Below are positions 7,394 through 15,510 of a stretch of 52,138 bases of DNA, one piece after another; position 1 is the first letter of the stretch; the number at the start of each line of letters is the position of its first letter. Position numbers and translations under genes: made by a program. Below the pieces are notes generated by a model. That model did not search any database, was not told the DNA's origin, and was given only the letters and a program-made list of their open reading frames with translations. Source of the DNA: a virus (Duplodnaviria > Caudoviricetes); IMG/VR virus record IMGVR_UViG_3300048623_000036, positions 1-52,138 of that record. One strand, written 5' to 3'.

Positions 7394-8915
7394 GCTGCAG
7401 AGCAGGTTCGTCCTTCGCAACTTCCAGTACGAAATGGTAGAGAAGTTTCAGGACGTACCGTTCGTACTGTGCGGCGACGACATGGGCTTGGGGAAGACGT
7501 ACGAGGCCATCGCACTGGACCGTCTCAAGCGGCTTAAGCATGGCACATCAGCAGTGAATGCCAAGACACTCGTGGTGACAACCCTCACGATGGTCGATAC
7601 GTGGCGTCGAGAACTCGCGAAGACGATGCCAAACATGGTTGTGTGTTGTATCGATCCGAAGGACCGTCCTGCCTTCATCCGAACAGTCCAGCGCGGTGTC
7701 GCAGACATCTACGTCTGTCACTGGGACTCTCTGCGGATGATGCCTGAGCTTGCCGAGCGTACCTGGTTCCACGTAATCGGTGACGAGATCCACAAGGTGA
7801 AGAACCGGAAGGCGCAGGTCACCAGAGCGTTCAAGAAGATCAAAGGCGAGCACAAGCTCGGGCTCAGCGGCACTCCCGGCGACAACCGTCCTGATGACCT
7901 CTGGTCAATACTGAACTGGCTCTACCCGAAGAAGTTCACATCATACTGGAGCTTCCGGAAGAACTTCTGCGAGAGCATTGACCTGACCACCTCTACGGGA
8001 AACGGATACACCAAGATCACTGGCGTACGCAACGAGAAGATGTTGCATCGGGAGATGGCTCCCTTCTTCATTCGTCGCCGAAAAGAGGAAGTCCTCAAGG
8101 AGCTCCCGGAGAAGTACTACACCCAGATCTGGGTCGATCTCACTCCTGCACAGCGCAAGGCATACAACGACATGCGCCGTACGCAGCTTGCATGGGTCGG
8201 TGAGAACCTTGATCAACCGTTGGCAGCTCCCATGGCCATCACGCAGATGGTGCGGTTGCAGCAGTTCGCGGTGGGATCGGTTCGTATCGACCAGGTCGAG
8301 AAGAACGTACGGAACAAGTACTTCGACCCGACCAAGGCTGAAGAGCTCTACGACATGTTCATGCGAAGCAACTGGAAGACACGGAAGAAGATGGTCACTG
8401 AGTACCATCTCATCGATCCGTCTTCCAAGCTCGATGCCTGCATGGAGCTCCTGAGGAACACCGATGAGAGTATCGTCGTGTTCACTCAGTTCAAGGACAT
8501 CGTGAACAACCTGGCGCAGCGACTTCACAAGGAGAAGATCAGCCACTGCATCATCACTGGTGATGTGTCCAAACCACACCGTGATCGTGCGATCGAAGAG
8601 TTCCAATCGAAGAAGCGCCAGGTCTTCATCGGCACGATTGGTGCTGCGCGCGACGGCATCACGCTTCACGCCAGCTCGACGGAGATCTTCATCGACAGGG
8701 CCTGGAGCCCGTCATGGAACAGACAAGCAGAGGATCGCTGCCACCGTATCGGGCAAGACGATGCAGTGCAGGTGATCGACATCATGGCGAGGAATACTGT
8801 CGACCTCGGACGTCATCAACAGATCCAACTCAAGTGGACCTGGCTGCAGCGAATGCTCGGAGACAAGGTCCTAGACTACCAAGAGGCGATGCAAGAAGAG
8901 GAGGCAGCGGCATGA
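7335..8915 (+). CDS. SNF2-family (SF2) helicase
   Basis: GDDMGLGKT Walker A, DEIH, LSGTP, QAEDRCHRIGQ; start uncertain. Confidence 0.92.
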   Translation: MLGGTSSTGPTHQQNLLRSKLQSRFVLRNFQYEMVEKFQDVPFVLCGDDMGLGKTYEAIALDRLKRLKHGTSAVNAKTLVVTTLTMVDTWRRELAKTMPNMVVCCIDPKDRPAFIRTVQRGVADIYVCHWDSLRMMPELAERTWFHVIGDEIHKVKNRKAQVTRAFKKIKGEHKLGLSGTPGDNRPDDLWSILNWLYPKKFTSYWSFRKNFCESIDLTTSTGNGYTKITGVRNEKMLHREMAPFFIRRRKEEVLKELPEKYYTQIWVDLTPAQRKAYNDMRRTQLAWVGENLDQPLAAPMAITQMVRLQQFAVGSVRIDQVEKNVRNKYFDPTKAEELYDMFMRSNWKTRKKMVTEYHLIDPSSKLDACMELLRNTDESIVVFTQFKDIVNNLAQRLHKEKISHCIITGDVSKPHRDRAIEEFQSKKRQVFIGTIGAARDGITLHASSTEIFIDRAWSPSWNRQAEDRCHRIGQDDAVQVIDIMARNTVDLGRHQQIQLKWTWLQRMLGDKVLDYQEAMQEEEAAA

Positions 8916-9193
8916 CCGTACCTACGCCACTGACGATTGACGTCATGAACGTCGTCTGGACAACGCTCGATGCACTCGTTCGCAATCCTGAAGGTAACAC
9001 GCACTTCCAGATCAGAGCCTTCGATGAGGCATGTGAGTACATGCGATCAGTACGGAAGCACGTGCGAGATGGTCGAAGTACACCAAACTTCGCCAACGCG
9101 ACTGACAGGCTCTGCTTCGAGCAGTGTGAGCGCTTCATCATGATGCTCACACCACTGTACTCCGTGGTTCAACCTGCACAGGATCGAACATGA
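8912..9193 (+). CDS. Hypothetical protein
   Basis: ATGA overlap with the helicase. Confidence 0.6.
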   Translation: MTVPTPLTIDVMNVVWTTLDALVRNPEGNTHFQIRAFDEACEYMRSVRKHVRDGRSTPNFANATDRLCFEQCERFIMMLTPLYSVVQPAQDRT

Positions 9194-9540
9194 GTGACCC
9201 CATTGAGGACGAGAAGAGACTTCGTGAGACCATCCGTCTTGCACACGAGGCCCTCCAAGCCCTGAAAGAGGAGCGGAAGGAAGTCGAGCGTCTCCTTGTA
9301 TCATGGAAGGGCGAACTCGAGAAGGTAATGCAGGACTACGTCCGTGCTGAGCTAGTCGACATGGGCGAACAGATCACCAGACAGACTGAGAAGGGACAGA
9401 GGCGAATCATCGCTAAGTTCGACCACCTCTACGACACCTTGATGGGTCAGGACGGTCACTCGCAGCGACAAGGAAAGCCATCCATCCCCGAACTCCTACA
9501 AGCCAGTGCCACTATCAAGAAATTCAAGAACAATGGGTAA
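9190..9540 (+). CDS. Coiled-coil hypothetical protein
   Basis: Heptad-rich; ATGA overlap. Confidence 0.65.
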   Translation: MSDPIEDEKRLRETIRLAHEALQALKEERKEVERLLVSWKGELEKVMQDYVRAELVDMGEQITRQTEKGQRRIIAKFDHLYDTLMGQDGHSQRQGKPSIPELLQASATIKKFKNNG

Positions 9541-9682
9541 GGGACGATCACAACCCGTCGCAGAGACGTGGAAGCGTAGACGATGCAAGTGTCACGTCTG
9601 TAAACGTCAATACTCCCCATTGTGCGTGTGGTGTGTTTGTAGGAAGAAGCACCCGCGTATATCAACAGATCACAGGAGATGA
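9533..9682 (+). CDS. Small Cys-rich basic protein (49 aa, not in the ORF track)
   Basis: CKCHVC...CVWCVC; fills the gap between flanking genes. Confidence 0.45.
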   Translation: MGKGRSQPVAETWKRRRCKCHVCKRQYSPLCVWCVCRKKHPRISTDHRR

Positions 9683-9703
9683 ACGGCCGTGATGCGTTCG
9701 GCA

Positions 9704-9928
9704 ATGACACCACAGGGCAAGTTGCGAAACGTGTACATTCACGATCCGAAGAAGATCAACGAGCAGGAATGCTACCGTCAGGGCCTGCAACACCTGAGGG
9801 AGGGTGACGCCGACTACTTCCGAGTGCATTGGCATGCCTACAACGACGGCTGCCCGTTCGCAACGTACGCACGTGAGCGTCAGCCATCGCCGGCGTGCTA
9901 CGAGATCAGGAAGGAAGATCTGACATGA
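9704..9928 (+). CDS. Hypothetical protein
   Basis: HWH...C...C pattern; start uncertain. Confidence 0.55.
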   Translation: MTPQGKLRNVYIHDPKKINEQECYRQGLQHLREGDADYFRVHWHAYNDGCPFATYARERQPSPACYEIRKEDLT

Positions 9929-10200
9929 GCAAGCACGAGGTGACGATCGAGGTTACCGTTACGCACACGTACGAGATCGATCTGGAAGCTGACGCGTGGG
10001 CGTCGTTCGATACGGTCAAGCAGGCGCTCGAGTACGACGCAGGTCAAGCACATGAAGACCCAGTGCTGTGGATGGAACACCTGGGCGACCTCGACATGCA
10101 AGAGCCGCACATCAAGACGCGAGCACGCGTACGCGGAACGAACAAGTACGACGTGCTCCTGGAAGATAAGGAGCACAACTGTGCCGAAGCTGAGGATTAA
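9925..10200 (+). CDS. Hypothetical protein
   Basis: ATGA overlap. Confidence 0.6.
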   Translation: MSKHEVTIEVTVTHTYEIDLEADAWASFDTVKQALEYDAGQAHEDPVLWMEHLGDLDMQEPHIKTRARVRGTNKYDVLLEDKEHNCAEAED

Positions 10201-10411
10201 CCTGTCGGTCGTCATCGACACCGACCTGGTCGACATCAACGCAGGGAACATCTTCTCAGACGTCAACAACATGACTTCTGATGACTGGACGGATGCCTGC
10301 AAGCAGTACATCGATATGTACCCGGAGGAGGTGTTGGAGATGTTCCAGGAGACCGACCTCATGGAGCAGATCACGGACAACGCCACGGTTGAGTATGTGA
10401 GTGCGACGTGA
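10181..10411 (+). CDS. Acidic hypothetical protein
   Basis: AAGGAG RBS before GTG 10181. Confidence 0.6.
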   Translation: MPKLRINLSVVIDTDLVDINAGNIFSDVNNMTSDDWTDACKQYIDMYPEEVLEMFQETDLMEQITDNATVEYVSAT

Positions 10412-10686
10412 GCTACTATCCTCAGCCACAGAACGTCTACCAGCCGGCGCCTCAGAGCGGCATGGCTGTGACCGGCTTCATCGTTTCACTCATCGGAGGC
10501 GTCTTCCTCTTCATCGGGGTGGGTCTCGTCTTGTGTCCGCTCGGCATCATCTTCAGCGGCATCGGGATGTATGAGACTTCCAATGGTCAGCGACGCGGGC
10601 GAGGCATGGCCACCGCAGGACTGACGATTGGCGTCGTCGGTCTCCTCCTCTCCCTCATGTTCCTACTCGTGGCTGCGAGGAGCTAG
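10408..10686 (+). CDS. DUF4190-like membrane protein
   Basis: P/Q/Y-rich N-terminus, GMAVTGFIVSL, two TMs, GRGMATAGL motif typical of actinobacterial DUF4190 proteins. Confidence 0.75.
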   Translation: MSYYPQPQNVYQPAPQSGMAVTGFIVSLIGGVFLFIGVGLVLCPLGIIFSGIGMYETSNGQRRGRGMATAGLTIGVVGLLLSLMFLLVAARS

Positions 10687-10842
10687 TGATCTACATCATA
10701 CTGGCAGTTGTGTGGATGGTCTCTCCTGCCATCGGGGGACTCGTCGCGCACAACTGGACAGAGTTAGGGGGAGGTTTGACTGGCGGCTACAAACGATTAG
10801 CCAGGATGAACCCTCACTTCGTCGGACTGATCGGAGCCTCTG

Positions 10843-11235
10843 GTGGCCAAGTACCTGCTGTTGCAGTGTGACAACGAGGAGATCGCGGACCTCATCGTCA
10901 AAGCCATCCAGGAAGGTAATCTGGGCTGCTATCAGGAGAACATCGGTGAGTCAGATCCTCCTGGATGGTCACAGATCTTTGGTGGCCTGAAGCTACGTGC
11001 GCTCTTCAAGAAGCCAACCAAGTTCTGCGAGTGCACGAACGTCAAGAAGCGTGGCTTCACCCGCGGACAGAAATACGGCTGGTGGGTCTGTGATCAGTGC
11101 AAGAGACCTACTCAGGGATGGGCAAGGCTCGAACTGGCGTACCAGGTCTTCGGGAAGAACCTGCTACCACCATCAGAAGATGCTCCAGAGTACCGCGGCG
11201 ATGGTAACTGGGGCACATGGCATCGAGGGAGCTAG
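10843..11235 (+). CDS. Zn-binding hypothetical protein
   Basis: FCEC...WVCDQC. Confidence 0.65.
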   Translation: MAKYLLLQCDNEEIADLIVKAIQEGNLGCYQENIGESDPPGWSQIFGGLKLRALFKKPTKFCECTNVKKRGFTRGQKYGWWVCDQCKRPTQGWARLELAYQVFGKNLLPPSEDAPEYRGDGNWGTWHRGS

Positions 11236-11405
11236 TGCATGTCATGGCTCACTGAGTCACCCTGGTGGAAGCAATTCAATAAGTACGGTGAATGTCCTTA
11301 CTGCTTCGCTCCTGGTGGAGAGCCATGCATCGATCAACGATGGGATAAGAAGCATCCCCGTTGGTGTAGAAAGCCACATCCGGAACGAAAACATGTAAAG
11401 GTGAC

Positions 11406-11666
11406 GTGAGCATGCAGGACTGGACGATCAAGTTCTCCATCTCAGGCGAGATGCACTACATGACCATCCCTGCGGAGAGTGCCTCGGATGCGAAGGCGAT
11501 CTTCAAGGAGTGGATGTGGGGTGTGAGTGGTCAGAGCAAGGACGACCCTACACCTGACAAGGTCTGGAGGGTTCTCGAAGGCAGGAAACGTGGCGACGAA
11601 CTGGTCTTCAGGAACGACTGGGTGGCAGCGTGGGAGGTTCTCGCGAAGCGGTTCATCATCACCTAG
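11406..11666 (+). CDS. Hypothetical protein
   Basis: Phage-like ORF ending the operon. Confidence 0.65.
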   Translation: MSMQDWTIKFSISGEMHYMTIPAESASDAKAIFKEWMWGVSGQSKDDPTPDKVWRVLEGRKRGDELVFRNDWVAAWEVLAKRFIIT

Positions 11667-11688
11667 GGTCTGCAGAGGATTTTGATCG

Positions 11689-11718
11689 TTGAGATGTCCT
11701 AGGTGAGCCCTATATAAT
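11689..11718 (+). promoter_or_regulatory. SigA-type promoter of the replication/modification operon
   Basis: TTGAGA-N18-TATAAT. Confidence 0.8.
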
Positions 11719-11776
11719 TAGAATTACAGGGAAAGACCGATAAGCGCTAGCAGGAACCAGATGAAAGGTTATCCTA

Positions 11777-13060
11777 GTGTCAATCAGAGCCGGCAATGTA
11801 GATGACTACATTGAGGCTGGTCTGACTCACTCACTGCACACAAGTGAGCGAAGGTCATTCCGTGGTTGTCGTCGTAGGTGGAATTGGCTCTTCCGAGAGT
11901 ACTACTATCCACGAGAGACAGCCAAGCCTCTGGAGTTCGGAGTCGCCTTCCACAAGGCGATGGAAGTGTTCTACGACCCCCGTCTATGGGACAAGCCTCG
12001 TGCAGCCGTACTGGAGATGTCGATCCAGACCTTCCGTAAGGCATGTACAGACCAGCTCAAGGAGTACGAAGAGCTCGTAGGTCCTGCGGACGACGAGAAG
12101 CACAAGGACTTCAAGGAGCGCAAGGAACTCGGCGAAGGTATGATCAGGTACCATGCCGAGCAAGTAGCACCCGAGCTTGACTACAACCACTACCGACCGG
12201 TCAAGGTCGAGGTCAAGTTCGAAGTACCGATCAAGCATCCTGAGACTGGCGACCAGCTCTGGTGCGACTGCCTCACCTGTTGGGGCCGCTACCGTGCCTA
12301 CATGGCGACACAGTACCCTGAAGGCTCGGAGTCACTTGCTGAGATCGATGCCATGCACGGCAGGTTTCCGAATCGCTGGATCGGTCTGCCCGTCTCATAC
12401 GGCGGTCGCATCGACGCCATCTTCGAGCACATCGTCACAGGTCAGTACTACGTCGTGGACTGGAAGACCGCTGCTACATTGGCAGAGGAAAGCCAGCGGA
12501 TGATGTTCCTTCTGCTCGACGACCAGATCACGTCGTATGTGTGGGCGTTGAATCAGTGCAGTGTTCGAGTTGTTGGCTTCATCTACCACGAGCAGAAGAA
12601 GGCCTTCGCAGTACCTCCTGCTCTACTGGTGCGACGCTACAAAGGTAGGCTCTTCAGCACTGCGGCTGATCAGGCAACCAGCCTGGAGATCTTCCAGAAG
12701 ACAGTAGAAGAGAACGACCCTGAGGGCGTTGCTACGGGTGCTTACGACGAGTACTTCGACAAGCTTCGCGATGAGCCGATGCGCTTCCATGCCCGCTATT
12801 TCGTACCTCGCAGCGACGAAGAGCTTAGGCAGTGTGGCATCAACATCTACAAAGAAGCCGTTGAGATGGTCGATGCGAACCTGAACATCTACCCAAACGC
12901 AGGCCGCTTCAACTGTCAGACGTGCGCCTTCAATCAGCCATGCCTCGAACAGAACTCGGGTGGGGATGTGCTCTACACCCTGGAGAGTCTCTTCGAGAAG
13001 CGACGCTACCACTACTGGGAAGACAAGAAGCCCTCGACCGAGACCAAGGGTGGCGAGTGA
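11777..13060 (+). CDS. PD-(D/E)XK RecB/Cas4-like exonuclease
   Basis: GRIDAI...VVDWKT, QITSY, FGVAFH; N-terminal Cys plus C-terminal CQTC...C (Fe-S staple pattern). Confidence 0.88.
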   Translation: MSIRAGNVDDYIEAGLTHSLHTSERRSFRGCRRRWNWLFREYYYPRETAKPLEFGVAFHKAMEVFYDPRLWDKPRAAVLEMSIQTFRKACTDQLKEYEELVGPADDEKHKDFKERKELGEGMIRYHAEQVAPELDYNHYRPVKVEVKFEVPIKHPETGDQLWCDCLTCWGRYRAYMATQYPEGSESLAEIDAMHGRFPNRWIGLPVSYGGRIDAIFEHIVTGQYYVVDWKTAATLAEESQRMMFLLLDDQITSYVWALNQCSVRVVGFIYHEQKKAFAVPPALLVRRYKGRLFSTAADQATSLEIFQKTVEENDPEGVATGAYDEYFDKLRDEPMRFHARYFVPRSDEELRQCGINIYKEAVEMVDANLNIYPNAGRFNCQTCAFNQPCLEQNSGGDVLYTLESLFEKRRYHYWEDKKPSTETKGGE

Positions 13061-13224
13061 TGCAGTGCAAGTGTACTCACCTCCACAATGAGCACATGTG
13101 GGAACAGCAGCCTGAGCCCTGCCTCGTATCGAACTGTACGTGTCGGGAGTACAAGCCAGCCAAGCTGACTCGCTCGAAAGGCTTCCTCGTGCCTAAGCGA
13201 TTCTGGGGAGGTATTCGACTATAA
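13060..13224 (+). CDS. Small Cys/His-rich protein
   Basis: CKCTH...H...C...CTC. Confidence 0.55.
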   Translation: MQCKCTHLHNEHMWEQQPEPCLVSNCTCREYKPAKLTRSKGFLVPKRFWGGIRL

Positions 13225-13400
13225 TGACACTCGTAGTCGTTCTCTTCGTGGTCGGTGTCGTGGTGATGTTTTGCCTCGCAGTACCTATGCTAGTCGAGGG
13301 TGATACCCTTGCAGGTACTGCCTCTGCCGCCACGATGTTCATGCTTGCAGGCTCGCTCGTCTTCGTGCCTGTACTTCGTCACACGTTGGAGGCATGGTGA
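13224..13400 (+). CDS. Small two-TM membrane protein
   Basis: GGAGG RBS, TAATG overlap, hydrophobic. Confidence 0.55.
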   Translation: MTLVVVLFVVGVVVMFCLAVPMLVEGDTLAGTASAATMFMLAGSLVFVPVLRHTLEAW

Positions 13401-13594
13401 AACGAATCGAGCGCGCAGTTGCCATCGTCGTCTCCTCGCGAGGTGACATGTCCTATCCGGAGACAGAGGAAGAGATACAAACGTTACTGAATTTCTTCCA
13501 ACATCGATCGGCTGTACTAGTCTTCCGTAAGGACAAGGAGTACCCTCAGGTGCCTCTGCCTCCCTCCAAGTCGCTACCACTGGACCTGCCATGA
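13394..13594 (+). CDS. Hypothetical protein
   Basis: Coupled ORF. Confidence 0.55.
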   Translation: MVKRIERAVAIVVSSRGDMSYPETEEEIQTLLNFFQHRSAVLVFRKDKEYPQVPLPPSKSLPLDLP

Positions 13595-13788
13595 GACTAG
13601 TTGAATGTAGTTACGAGTACTGCAGTGACGATGGTCATCACCCTCGCTGCAAAGAGTACCAGCGACAGAACTATCGGATCAGATACAACGAGAAGCGTGC
13701 ACTGACCATCATTATCATCCTCTTCATCACCATGATCCTGGTCATGCTCGGTGGAGTCTATCTAGCAGGAGTGATGGCAGGTGCCTAG
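13591..13788 (+). CDS. Small membrane protein
   Basis: Cys/His N-terminus, C-terminal TM. Confidence 0.55.
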   Translation: MRLVECSYEYCSDDGHHPRCKEYQRQNYRIRYNEKRALTIIIILFITMILVMLGGVYLAGVMAGA

Positions 13789-14155
13789 CATTATTGATAC
13801 CCTCGAGCAGACAGAGATGTGGTACGGTCAGGATGGACTTCCGTACAAGCTGGTCGAGATGGAGCAGTCTCACCGTATCAACGTAGTAGGCTTCCTCCGA
13901 CGGCGAGCCGCCTCGCTTCAGGTTCACAGCTGGAGACTTGAGGCACACTACATGCGTAATGCTCCAGACGACGTAGTAGACTCCTGGAGTAGAGAGATTC
14001 CGAACAGTCCTGAGGAGTGGATCGAAGAGCGTCCGCTGATGATCGAGCTGAATAGACTCATCAAGCTGTATGACTCAATTAGGCCTGAGCAGCGACAGAT
14101 CACTGTTGGTCCAGATCGCACTGCAACTGTAACACAAAGGGCGGTCTTTTCATGA
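13781..14155 (+). CDS. Conserved phage hypothetical protein
   Basis: W...G...L.EM..SH..N...FL pattern. Confidence 0.65.
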   Translation: MPSIIDTLEQTEMWYGQDGLPYKLVEMEQSHRINVVGFLRRRAASLQVHSWRLEAHYMRNAPDDVVDSWSREIPNSPEEWIEERPLMIELNRLIKLYDSIRPEQRQITVGPDRTATVTQRAVFS

Positions 14156-14946
14156 GCAACTCCCTCGATGTTATCACTCCGAGGAATCTTGCAGGGCTCC
14201 GTATCGTCAAGGCTGCTGATCGAGCACCGTTCATCAACATGCTCGTCTACGGCAACAGCGGCATGGGGAAGACTCGGCTAGCAGGTACCTCGGACAGTGT
14301 ACCTTCGATGCGAAAGGTGTTGATCGTCGACGTTGAGGGTGGCACGCTCACCCTGACGCACAGCAACCCGAACGTCGACATCGTTCGTGTGAAGACCTGG
14401 AAGGAAGTGCAGGCTGTCTACGATGAGTTGTACGCCGGTAACACTGGCTACAACACTGTCGTACTCGACTCGCTGACTGAGATCCAGAAGTTCAACATGT
14501 ACACGATCATGGATGATCTGAAGAAGGATCCGAAGAACTCCGAGCGGAGTGTCGACGTACCGTCAATGCGCGAGTGGGGTATCAACCTCGAGCAGATGCG
14601 AAAGTTCGTTCGAGCCTTCCGAGACATGCCGATCAACACCATCTTCACAGCACTCGCCAAGGAAGAGAAGAACACCAAGACGGGAATGGTGCACAAGCAA
14701 CCATCCCTCTCAGGAAAGCTGGCTGGAGAGGTCGCCGCCTTCCTGGATATCGTGTGCTACATGTACGTCAAAGAGATCGACGGCGAGATGCGGCGCATGC
14801 TCCTGACTACGTCGACTGACGAGTACGTCGCGAAGGACAGGACCGGAAAGCTCCCCTTGGTCATTCCTGATCCGACCATGGTGGAGATCTACAAACACAT
14901 CGAATCCAACACCTACACAGAAGAAGCAGCCAACAACCTCACCTGA
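14152..14946 (+). CDS. AAA_24/Sak4-like NTP-binding recombination protein
   Basis: YGNSGMGKT Walker A, VLDSLTE Walker B, AKDR; located between the nuclease and SSB. Confidence 0.88.
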   Translation: MSNSLDVITPRNLAGLRIVKAADRAPFINMLVYGNSGMGKTRLAGTSDSVPSMRKVLIVDVEGGTLTLTHSNPNVDIVRVKTWKEVQAVYDELYAGNTGYNTVVLDSLTEIQKFNMYTIMDDLKKDPKNSERSVDVPSMREWGINLEQMRKFVRAFRDMPINTIFTALAKEEKNTKTGMVHKQPSLSGKLAGEVAAFLDIVCYMYVKEIDGEMRRMLLTTSTDEYVAKDRTGKLPLVIPDPTMVEIYKHIESNTYTEEAANNLT

Positions 14947-14963
14947 AGGACTAGGAACGAAAC

Positions 14964-15416
14964 ATGACTGAAGGTTTGCGCGTCAACTTCTCTGACAAGG
15001 AAGCGACGAGTGCTGCACTCGACCCGATTCCTCGTGGGGAGTACCACGTCAAGATCACGGACATCGAAACTCGTTACTCGAAGTCCGAGAAGAACAACGG
15101 CAAGCCGTACTGGGCGATCGAGTTCACCGTTCAGGAAGGCCCGTACTCCGATCGCAAGGTCTGGACGAACTGCATGCTGTTCGAGGGCGCTCTCTACACC
15201 CTCTCGCAGCTCATGAAGTCGCTCGGCTACAACGTCGAGGAAGGCGAGTTCCAACTGCCTGACCCGGATGACCTGATCACTCGTGACGTGATGGTCAAGG
15301 TGACCATCACGGCGGAGACCGAGCAGTACCAGGCGCGCAATGAGGTTCGGAGCATCAAGGCGTTCGGCGACCAGCCGAAGCCCGGCGGTGGCAAGACGAA
15401 CGCCATGCTCCCGTAG
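14964..15416 (+). CDS. DUF669-type ssDNA-binding protein
   Basis: PIPRGEYHVKI...GPYSDRKVW...RNEV. Confidence 0.8.
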   Translation: MTEGLRVNFSDKEATSAALDPIPRGEYHVKITDIETRYSKSEKNNGKPYWAIEFTVQEGPYSDRKVWTNCMLFEGALYTLSQLMKSLGYNVEEGEFQLPDPDDLITRDVMVKVTITAETEQYQARNEVRSIKAFGDQPKPGGGKTNAMLP

Positions 15417-15510
15417 TACCTCCTGACGGTGAAGGTGCCCGACTGACGGACGGGTAAATGGTTACTCCAAGGAACAGCAGCCTTCACTTCAAAGCCCGAG
15501 AGGGAGTGGT

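Noticed and set aside
11777-13060. Cas4 as a sign of a CRISPR system
   Set aside because: No repeat-spacer array or other cas genes; it sits in a standard nuclease-ATPase-SSB recombination module
15424-15490. preQ1 riboswitch
   Set aside because: Lacks the class I loop consensus and A-rich 3' tail
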